DNA of 57,660 nucleotides, filler included, from Basidiobolus ranarum (Eukaryota): NCBI GenBank assembly GCA_040143965.1. It is 6 parts of 6 records of this genome, joined end to end, with 100 filler letters (N's around TTAATTAATTAA, not from the genome) between each part and the next. Parts side by side here need not be neighbours in the genome. Positions count along the whole stretch, not along the records: positions 38,532 to 48,049 come from JASJQH010007690.1; positions 48,150 to 57,660 come from JASJQH010007691.1; 4 more parts are not named here. One strand, 5' to 3'. Shown piece by piece: positions 47,640 to 57,660 of this stretch (position 1 is its first letter; each line of letters starts with the position of its first letter). The notes under the pieces were generated by a model. It saw only the letters and a program-made list of their open reading frames with translations, ran no database searches and was not told where the DNA came from. The position numbers and the translations under genes were made by a program.

Positions 47640-48049
47640 GGTTGATTGTGTCCTATGATACCATGGAATAAAAGCCAATTTAACTAATGAGTTAATTTAT
47701 GCTCATCATATCTGGGATTCACATCCAACAATATGAGAAAGAACAGGGATTTTTAAAGTCAGGAAAGGAATGCCAAAGTTTGGCTTGCTTCTTTGTCCGA
47801 ATTGCATGTAATCCTTTTAGAAATTGCACGGTGATACGAGTGAAAATATTCATGCATGGCCTCAATCCAAAGATTGTTCATCAAAGCGTACAGTTCTGCT
47901 GTAAATATATAAGATAGATGTAAACATTGGCGCTTGAATCGATGTACCAAAATTTTTTAGTAATTTGTGAAACAATATTGATAATTGTTGGACATCAATC
48001 GAGACGCAACTACTTATTTGACCAATTTGGATTTTTGCTCTCAAGAGTG

Positions 48050-48149
48050 NNNNNNNNNNNNNNNNNNNNNNNNNNNNNNNNNNNNNNNNNNNNTTAATTA
48101 ATTAANNNNNNNNNNNNNNNNNNNNNNNNNNNNNNNNNNNNNNNNNNNN
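48050..48149. other. Artificial contig spacer
   Basis: N44-TTAATTAATTAA-N44. Confidence 0.98.
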
Positions 48150-50037
48150 CCTCACACAAAATTTTGGAGACCTGCAATGGCTGATGAGTACCAGACTTTG
48201 ATTGATAATCAAACTTGGATTTTAACCAACTTACCTGATGATAGAAAATCAATTGGCTGCTGATGGGTGTTTAAAGTTGAATACAACTATGATGGCAATA
48301 TAGAAAGGTACAATGCTAGACTAGTAGCCAAAGGGTATTCCCAAACACCAGGAATAGACTATACAGAAGCTTTTACTCCTGTAGCAAAGTTTATTTCCAT
48401 TAGATTGATTTTAGCAATTTCAGCAAAATATCAGTTTATTATACATCAAATGGATGTTAAAGCTGCTTTATTAAATGGTTAGCTTGCTGAGGAGATATAT
48501 ATGGACCAGCCAGATAGATTTATGGACCTAGAAAACCCTAAGTTAGTTTGCAGACTCTGATAAACACTCTATGGCTTAAAGCAATCTCCAAGAGCTTGGA
48601 ATAGCAAGATAGATGCTTTTCTGGAAACACCCAAATTCCAAAAGAGTAATGCTGACTATAGTATCTACTTCAGACCAGATAAGACAAACACAGTTTTATT
48701 AGCCTTCTATGTAGATGATCTTATTGAAGCAACCAATGACTTGAAGACTTTGGAGAAAACCAAATCCAGCTTATCTGCTAAATTCAAAATGACTGATCTT
48801 GGTGAACTGATATATTATCTTAGAATCCAAATTATGATTGGTAGAACTACCAAAATAACAACTTTAAACCAGTCTAAGTATATCTTAGATATACTAGAGA
48901 AGTTTAAAATGGAAGAATTGAATCCTGTATCTACCCCAATGGAGAAAATCTTAACTTGACCAAAAATGGCTCATATCCAATGTTTTTGGATTCAAATGAC
49001 AGCCAGAAAATTCCTTATCAATCTATGGTTGGTAGTTTGATGTATATCATGGTTGGAACATGGACAGATATTGCATATTCTGTGGGAGTTATGTGCCAAT
49101 ATCTTCAAAATTAAGGATCTGATCAAATCATAGCAGTTTAGCAGATTTTCAGATATTTGAAAGGTACTGTTGATCTATGCTTAAAATACACATATTCTGG
49201 ATCAAACTTTGATCTGATGGGATATTCAGATGCAAATTGGGGAAGAGATATTGAAGACAGGAGATCTACAACAGGATACTTATTTCTTTGCTGTAATGGA
49301 GCTATTTCTTGGAATTCAAAGAAACAACCTACCGTAGCACTTTCAACAACAGAAGCTGAATACATGGCTGCCTGTGAAGCAACAAAAGAAGCAATATGGT
49401 TAAGAAAACTCTTAATAGATTTGGGTTATTCTCAAAATTCACCAACTACAATATTTCAAGATAATCGAAGTTGTATCAAATTAGCTAAAAATCCCACATT
49501 TCATGATAGAAGCAAACATATAGATATTAAGCATCACTTCATTAGAGAGACTATAGAGAATTAGTTTATTGACTTGACTTATTGTTCTACAGAAGACATG
49601 ATTGCTGATATATTAACCAAACCATTAGCTAGACAGAAATTTGGGAAATTTAGACCTTTATTAGGATTAGTTTATATGACTATTTAGTTGAGGGAGAGTG
49701 CTGAAATTAACATTGCCTAAGCACCTATATAGTCATATATAGCTTAGTACTTAGTTATCTAATATTTCACTAAGATATTATCCATTATTCTCAATCAGAA
49801 TATACTTAAAATATATTTACAAACTTAGAAGTTCTCAGATATATAGATTTTTCAAAGAAGCCCCAAACTTTGCACACATGTTCATGGGACCTTCCTTAAC
49901 ACATTCTACATGTTAGTTTGTTTACATCTTGACAAAACTATAAAAGTCAACTTTGTACTCAATAAATCAACAAGTGAAAACCACCAATTCCTCTAATTCT
50001 CCAAACTACTTCCAACAGGCTCCCAAATACTTTAACA
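48150..50037 (+). mobile_element. Ty1/Copia retrotransposon 3' half: disrupted RT and RNase H, PPT (~49689-49698), 3' LTR 49699-50037
   Basis: RYNARLVAKGYSQTPGIDY, QMDVKAA, LYGLKQSPRAW, YVDDL, GYSDANW...RRSTTGY, STTEAEY, RSKHIDIKHHFIRE; multiple stops; TG...CA LTR. Confidence 0.95.
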
Positions 50038-50069
50038 GATATTCACCATTACTTTCAATTGCAATTCAC

Positions 50070-50317
50070 TTGAAATATTTTTTCCAACTTAGAAGTTCTC
50101 AGATTTATAGATTTTGATAACTTGTGCTTGAGACCCCATATGTTGAACACATGTTTCTGGAACCTTTCTTAGCACATTCTACATCCTACTTTTCAGTTTG
50201 CCTACATCTTGCCAAAACTAGAAATGTCAACTTTCTACTCAATAAATCAATAAGTAGCATTACCTATTGTTCTAATTCTCCAAATTACCTCCAACAAGCC
50301 TCCAAAACACTTCAACA
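50070..50317 (+). mobile_element. Additional partial LTR in tandem
   Basis: aacttagaagttctcagat...gtcaactttctactcaataaatcaa...acttcaaca repeats the 3' two-thirds of the preceding LTR. Confidence 0.8.
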
Positions 50318-52218
50318 GATACTGCACTTTATACCTTTTCTTTACATAACTCACAAGATACTTTATAAGATACCGTTTTGAGTTGAAGTCCAGTTTTTAC
50401 AATCTAACAAGTATAAAATTCATGAAAATGCATTTTTGTCACAAATATAATACATAGAAAGTTAGGCAATTTATTACTCAAGCCCTAAAGAAATATACTG
50501 GACATGATAGCGGTGAAGGTGAATATTAAATTGTAGACATATCTGGTTACCACTATTAGATGCATTTGAATATTTAATTTAGTTTTGATAGTTTGGTAAA
50601 GTAACTGAAAGATATCTTCGATTTCACCAATGCATTCGAGGCATTTTATGTTCCAAACATACTTTATTGACACTTGGATACTGAAGCCAGACATTTCGAT
50701 ATTGTAACCGAACAAGAGTTGTCTCTCTGTTCATCAAATAAGAATTGTTTGACTGAACTATTATTCGCCACTGAGCTGGGTTCTAGATATCTTTCCTGGG
50801 AGAATTGCGGTATATGGATTACTTGGACAATGCCAGTATAAAATGAGCATACCTATATATATATATGCATTTGGATGAATTGAGAGAGCTAATAATAATA
50901 ATTGATGTTTAGCCATAGTGGTTGGGAGGATTAATATCAGTCAATATATTATGGGTTTGATCCATCGAGAATTGTACCCTCTGGCTATTAAAATTAGGGG
51001 TTGAACATGACTGGTGCACTTCTTTCTGATCGAGATAGATGACAGAGAAGGTATTTCTATTCTTTTCTTGAGAGTAATTGGAAAAGTAGTATTAGAAGAT
51101 TCCTGACCCCTCCAACCAAATAGAGCCAGAGGGTAGTTAGTCTGGTGTAACAACTTTGAATATGTGACAATAGAGAATACATCGTAATATGGTTCAAGGC
51201 ACTATGTATGATACCAATTAGTAAAGATCAATAAAACATAAAACACCGTTGCCTACGTTAATTACACCATTCCCAGCGTAGGATATTTTACCAGCATCCA
51301 TGTTCCGAACTAGACTCCCAGCAAACTAGAGTACTTATATTATTGGATTCCTTAGATATGATCTCTGGACATCCAATGCGTCTAGAATTCACCAATATAA
51401 CGGATATTGGAAAATAGCAAGGATCACTTCCCTGATACCTTTATATATCACCAATAAACACCGAGCGTTGATTGAATCTCAAAAAAACTGGTTAAGACAG
51501 ACAACTCTCCAATGTGTTGATAACCATATCTGTATTTCCAAACACAGAAGGATGTCTAGCAAAAACAACCGTTGTGGATTCATGGTCGAGGCCCAAATTC
51601 AGTGCCAAGATGGAAATCATAGACCATCCTCCCAAGCCTCGACTGGTAAAAAATGAAAATCTTGGATGTTACTTCATATCCCTACATAGTTAGGTCTATC
51701 TTCAAGTATGTGTCTCATCCAAGTTGAACACCCTAGAGCGATGCACAATAAACAGACTATTCATCTACTACACAGTTCACTCAGGTTCTTGCTATTTCTC
51801 TCTGACACGATCCAATGTCAGAGCTGGTATTCGGAGTGAGTCCCACCAGTGATAGGGAATAAAGGCACAAGTAAATGTGACAAACACATTCACTGTAGTC
51901 GTCGATAAACATAACGAGATGATGATGATCCAGGATGAACTGAAGGGATGGGGATAGTTTGGGCTAGTTCCTAGCAAAAATGGAATCTCGGTCCACACTA
52001 ACCAAACTACAATACATAGTATGATTTAGGTAATGATAACAAATTCCCATCACAAGAAGCGATCCATCAAACCCGAATTCTTGACATGGTCCTATCACGT
52101 GAGGGGTGATGGATAGACACCTTAGATTGGTAGAATGGTTGATGAGTTGGGAGGGTCATAAAAAGAAATGAGCAGAACGAAGGATCCCTCTTTCATCCAT
52201 TTTATATCCTAATTCATT

Positions 52219-52776
52219 ATGGGTAAGTAAAGTCATCCACAGAATCACTCTTCTATTACCCATCAATCGACTAATGGATGGAATGATTTCCCATTTCGAT
52301 AAACTATTGACAATTGCTGACTAAAGATTAATATCCATTAAGGTAAGGGTAAGCCTAGAGGTCTTCAAGCCGCTCGCAAGCTTCGTAACCATCGTCGTGA
52401 AGAACGTTGGGCTGACAAGCAATACAAGAAGCGTGCTCTCGGTACCGCCTTCAAGTCTTCTCCCTTCGGTGGATCCTCCCACGCCAAGGGTATTGTCTTG
52501 GAAAAGATTGGTGTTGAAGCTAAACAGCCTAACTCTGCTATTCGTAAGTGTGTTCGTGTTCAACTTATCAAGAACGGAAAGAAGATCACTGCCTTCGTTC
52601 CCAATGATGGTTGTTTGAACTTTGTCGAAGAGAACGATGAAGTACTTATTTCCGGTTTCGGTCGTAAGGGTCGTGCCGTTGGTGATATTCCTGGTGTTCG
52701 TTTCAAGGTTGTTAAAGTCTCTGGTGTTTCTCTTCTTGCTTTGTACAAGGAGAAGAAGGAGAAGCCTAGATCTTAA
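52219..52776 (+). CDS. RPS23: 40S ribosomal protein S23 (uS12); join(52219..52222,52343..52776)
   Basis: [24 protein letters not shown]...[21 protein letters not shown]...KEKPRS. Confidence 0.98.
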
Positions 52777-53217
52777 TTTTCCAAATCTTCCCAACAATCC
52801 CCTGGCGTAGTCCCTTTTCTTAATACATTTTATGCAATAAACTACATTCAGAACCACGAAGATGTTTCTTTAAATTACCACTGTTTTAAATGAGCTTCTA
52901 GTAACACTGGCCATGACCACTTACACTAGATCATACAATATGGATGCATGACTAGAGAACAATGAATGGTTCAGGGCCCTCTCTCAAATGACATTCCTAT
53001 TTCCGTATAATATCCCATATTCGTAAGCCAATATCATACATTCATAGATGCTCACCACATCCAAATATGGAAGCAAGCCTAGGATCTGTGATGGATCTAT
53101 TATGAACTGACCAATAAGGACTCGTTTGTAGCAGATAGGGTTGTCTGTGTAGATGGAATGAATTTAATGGAGCCTTTTGCCGAGAGTGGCACTTCTCTCT
53201 CTTTCAATCAATCCACC

Positions 53218-53555
53218 ATGGAAAACGATCAAGGTGTCCTCGTTGATTTATACGTTCCCAGAAAGTGGTATGTTTCACACTCGCATCCATCACAGGGAAA
53301 AGCATCCATCTATTGAATATGTACTAAGGAAACTTCCATTACAGCTCTGCCACTGGACGTCTTATTCCTGCCAAGGATCACGCCTCTGTCCAAATTAACA
53401 TTGGAGAGGTTGATGCTGAAGGTCGTTACACCGGCTCTTTCCAAACATACGCTTTCTCTGGCTTCGTTCGTAAGCTTGGTGAATCCGATGACTCCCTCAA
53501 TCGTCTCGCTACCAAGGATGGTTTCTTGAAGAACGTTTGGTCTTACCAAAAGTAA
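53218..53555 (+). CDS. RPS21: 40S ribosomal protein S21 (eS21); join(53218..53267,53345..53555)
   Basis: [43 protein letters not shown]...[15 protein letters not shown]; absent from the ORF track. Confidence 0.97.
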
Positions 53556-55229
53556 ATCCATATTTATGGATATCTCGGAATAAACATAATTTTGTATAAA
53601 GAAGCGCCTCTATCGTATATGTGTAGATAAGCAGTTGATCAAGACCTTTAATCCCCGTTGTATCGTTGGCAGTGCATGAAATGGTGCTTCTTACAACCTT
53701 TACACGTTGCTTTAAGAATTCTATGGGTTATTCATTTAGTGTTTCTTCATGTTTTGTTGCGTTTATTAGCAATCTATTAATCACTCATCATTTCCAATTG
53801 CAGTAGTAGTTATGGTAATGAAATATATTGTTCAACTAATTCTGATCAATCAGCATATTTTAAGTATGCTTTGGTATATATCTGTCCATTGCATACATTT
53901 GGGATTAGACTGGTCTCACTGAGCGTATTGTCATTATCCATATAGCTTAATGTAGAGATTTGTTTCATTCAGCGGTTTAGTGTGATTCGGTTATTTGTGA
54001 TACGAGCTTATGTGAGGTCATCCCTCTGGTAGAATTTTGAAATTTCACTTGGGGTAACGTTGGGGGATTTTTGGATTCCTTCCTGCTCAGATCAGGTCAG
54101 GTACTTGGACCGAAGCTTTTTGGTTTTCAAGCGAGTGGTTGAAAGTTCGACTATCCATCGCCCCTATATAAAGAAAAGTCCAGGGTTACGCCTGTGAGGT
54201 TACTTTTCGGTCCTTATTATTGACTAGAAAAGCAGAGAATAGATAGAAACTACGTCAACCACTTTTTCAAGAAGTATGATCAACCAAGTCATAGAAAAGT
54301 ACACACTGTTGTTTTACGTTTTGTCCTGTCGTGTCTTCACTGAGGAGTACTATGCGAGTATTTTCTAATTGCTGACATTATGCTCCCGGATTCAACCCGC
54401 AACGAAGACAAAGAGAGCCACGGTGATTTCAAGATGGCTGATGTGAATATCTCTACGTCGATATTGCGGATACATATGAGATCAATAGACTCTAGTGTGC
54501 ACACCTGTATCCAACAAGCGCCCAATGAGTGATCTTGTTTATTTTAGGCAACTCCATCAGCCTCAGCTAGAAATGGTGCTTCATATGAATCACCCATGGT
54601 TTCTGGTGGGATGTTGTATCATTGAATTGGTTGGAAATGTGCATCATGAAAGATTGGGTTTCAGTTCTGATTGACGCAATCTCCCTCTTCAAACGCGCCT
54701 AAAACTTCGAACAAACTCTGAAAGATGAGGTAGTCCTAGAAATTAGGGGGATTCTGGGTGAGCTGATCTGGACCATAAACTTCATCTTAGAGATCCGATG
54801 AACAGAGAAATCATTAGCAGGGTTACGAGTCTCGACTGGAGGATGGGATTCATCCGCTCGTTGGAAGGTGGTACGGAGTATTGGATCATTTACAGGTTTT
54901 TACTTGGTACGACGGATTTGGAATGATCTCTTCGGTGACGATTTAGAATCTCCCTACTGCTTCAACTTTATGCGAATAGATATCATGTTGGACCAATGGG
55001 TGATGGCATTTCAATAGAAACCCATGATTTCATCCTTCTGCAAGGAACCACCATCATGACGTTGACAGTTCACAGTAAGCGTCATCACCAATTTCCACCT
55101 TCCCTGTATGCCAAAGTATGACCACACACCCAAAATCCCGATCTTCCAGTTCTTATAAAACTCACCGGATTCCCCTCCACATCACACAATTCATCAACTA
55201 GCTCCTTTACCACTTTCAAATTCAACAAC

Positions 55230-55598
55230 ATGGCCGCCACTCAACAAGTAGTTTTCGGTGACAAAGAAAAGTCTGACGCGGAATTTTTCATCTACATCAA
55301 CCCTGATGTCTACACCAAGTGGAAGAGTGACAAAACAATCCCCATCACTGATGTTGTTCAAGCTTTCAATGTCTACACCACACGTGGAGGAGGTAATACT
55401 GGAGTTGCCGAGACCCCATCCCACCAAGAACTTGATACCGTATTCGGTACTTCCAACAACACCGCTGTAGTTGAACACATTCTCAAGCATGGTGTTGTCA
55501 AGGGTACCGGTGGAATTAGCAAGTCTGGACAAGAGTTCAATCGGTCTCGCGGTAGTGGTGCTGGTACATCTGATGCTAACACTAACGTTCACAATTAA
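55230..55598 (+). CDS. SBDS N-terminal-domain-only protein (Rtc3-like)
   Basis: FFIYINPDVYTKWKSDKTIPITDVVQAFNVY...GNTG..ETPSHQELDTVFGT.....VVEHILKHG. Confidence 0.85.
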   Translation: MAATQQVVFGDKEKSDAEFFIYINPDVYTKWKSDKTIPITDVVQAFNVYTTRGGGNTGVAETPSHQELDTVFGTSNNTAVVEHILKHGVVKGTGGISKSGQEFNRSRGSGAGTSDANTNVHN

Positions 55599-56515
55599 TC
55601 TATGCAACCTCTCATATGATGATTAACCGTATCAATTCTTATTGTACAATAAACGTTCCTTTCTCCCTACTTTATCCTTATCTATGATACTTTTATGTAA
55701 TATTATCTCCAATCACCTAGAATGGTAAGAAAATGAACTTGGTAGTAACATTGTTGTAGTCTGCTTGTAATATTCCTCATGAGGTCATTTGCTGCATCTT
55801 GTTACGAGCCAGTCATTCGTAACGTTGCCCACATATGTAGCACTGCTAACATACTCGAACTTGGGGAAATGCTTGATAATCCCTTCAATCTAATAGGATG
55901 ACTTTAAGGCTAAAGTGTTACGTGTACATCACGTCATCCTGTTAATGAGATAAAGTTCAGACGTCATAGATAAAGTGGTACATGTGGTGATGGGATCATT
56001 CAATCGCACCATGGTGTCACGAGATCTCAACCATATTAATGGATCCAAGTTACTTCATAATAGAATCACTTCAAATGTAGCCGCCAATCCCATTCCATAA
56101 TTGACGGAAAATTCTTCCACAGATTAAATATGACCAAAGGGAGTATTAAAAATAGATCGGATGAGAACTACTTCACAGGGATGACGGATTTAAAAATTTC
56201 ACAACCTGGACTGCCTTTTCGCCAACTAAAAGTACCCTCATCATTTTAGGTCATTTACTAGTATCTCAAATCAGGTGATCCTCTCATTTTCACTTCTGTA
56301 TACACTTATTTTGATGGATTAATTTTCTGACAAATCAAATCATTGTGGTTAATAATTAGCATTAAAAGTGATGCCTATATGTCATTTGTAGGAAAATTTT
56401 ATCAAAGTTCGAATATGAATCTAAATCTATCCAACATCAGGTATGTTTCAGTATTACAAAGAATTGAATATTCTACTGATAATACAGTTGAGCTATTTGT
56501 TGTTCAAGTTGTATG

Positions 56516-57660
56516 TGTTGAAATTATCATTGCCTAAGTACCTATATAGTGATATATAGCTTAGTATTTGGTGATCTTATATTTCACTAAGATATTACCC
56601 ATTATTCTCATGAGGAATTTACTTGGAATGTTGACACAAATTTAGAAGTTTTCATATATATAGACTTTGATAACTTGTGGTAGAATCCCCAAGCTTTATA
56701 CATATGTTCCTGGGACCTTCCTTGACACACTCTACATGCTAGTATATTTACATCTTGACAAAACTATAAATGTGAACTAAATGCTTAATAGATCAATAGG
56801 TGAAAACCATCAATTTCTTGAATTCTCTAAATCACCTCCAATAGGCTCCCAAACACTTCATCAGATTATGAGCCCTGAGCTTGCACTTTCTGTAATATCT
56901 ACCTATCAAATTTCTGGAACTTTTACCTCTCCTAAAAATTAGATGGAACCAATTATCAAGCTTGGAAAATCAAGACAAAAATGTTGCTGTAAGAAAAAGT
57001 GTTAAAGTATTTGGGAGCCTGTTGGAAGTGGTTTGGAGAATTAGAGGAATTGGTGGTTTTCACTTATTGATTTGTTGAGTAGAAAGTTGAGGTTTATAGT
57101 TTTGTCAAGATGTAAACAAACTAAAATGTAGAATATGTTAAGGAAGGTCCCTGGATCATGTGTGCAAAGTTTGGGGCTTCAAGCACAAGTTTGAAAAATC
57201 AATATATTGGAAATCTTCTAAGTTGGTACAAATATTCTAAATAAGTTCCACTTGAGAATGATGGATAATGTCTTAGTGAAATATAAGATAACTAGGTACT
57301 AAGCTATATATGACTATATAGGTGTTTAGGAAATGCTAATTTCAACAAAAAAAACCATGCAAAACTATCTAATATCAAAATATTTCTCCATTTAAAATGG
57401 AACACAATGCCTTTGACTTAGTTGGTTTTAATCATAATGACAAGTTGCCAATTCAATGTTCAAAAGTCAAAACTGCCAAGAAAGCATGGAAAGCCTTGGA
57501 AGACATCTACTAAACTCATTCTGCTGCCAACAACATGTGAAGTAGATATATCTATGACTTAAAGATGAAGCCAGGAGAAGATATTTAGTCACCTATAAAT
57601 AGAGTCACTAATTTGGTCTATAAAAAAGACAGCATTGGAGTACCTAATGTTGGGAAAATA
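56516..57660 (+). mobile_element. Copia 5' end: LTR 56516-56863, PBS ~56864-56876, decayed gag interrupted by an inverted solo LTR (57000-57347)
   Basis: TGTTGAAATT...CA then GATTATGAGCCCT; KLDGTNYQAWK gag start; after 57347 KTAKKAWKALEDIY gag-like sequence; 57000-57347 is the reverse complement of the family LTR. Confidence 0.88.

Noticed and set aside
52321-52857. 178-aa antisense ORF over RPS23, and similar ORFs over RPS4, RPL14, RPS21 and the SBDS-like gene
   Set aside because: Shadow ORFs expected from the strong codon bias of highly expressed genes

Overview
Eukaryotic, intron-rich, AT-rich fungal DNA. Gene content and short introns suggest an early-diverging fungus, possibly Basidiobolus-like (inference). 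The window is not one locus: it is six unlinked ~9.5-kb contigs joined by artificial 100-bp N44-TTAATTAATTAA-N44 spacers (9549, 19180, 28809, 38432, 48050). Housekeeping genes: MDM12, RPS4, RPS14, RPS28, RPL14 (partial), RPS23, RPS21, a HAD/2H RNA-repair-like protein, an HSV2/WIPI PROPPIN, a PCL-type cyclin, a DM9-repeat protein, an anoctamin, PEF1, a PPR protein, a Nup192/205 C-terminus, a velvet protein, eIF4E, an SR splicing factor and an SBDS/Rtc3-like protein. There are many decayed, CpG-depleted Ty1/Copia LTR elements with a half-tRNA-iMet (Ty5-like) primer site. Two standouts: (1) a damaged Fanzor1 (eukaryotic TnpB-like RNA-guided nuclease) at ~27786-28808 (-) with a candidate omegaRNA region; (2) a tandem cluster (30883-34580) of secreted prepro-peptides whose ~21-aa mature core is a doubled CCxWxxC motif (CC-C-CC-C), evolving by birth-and-death. 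I do not recognise the peptide family.
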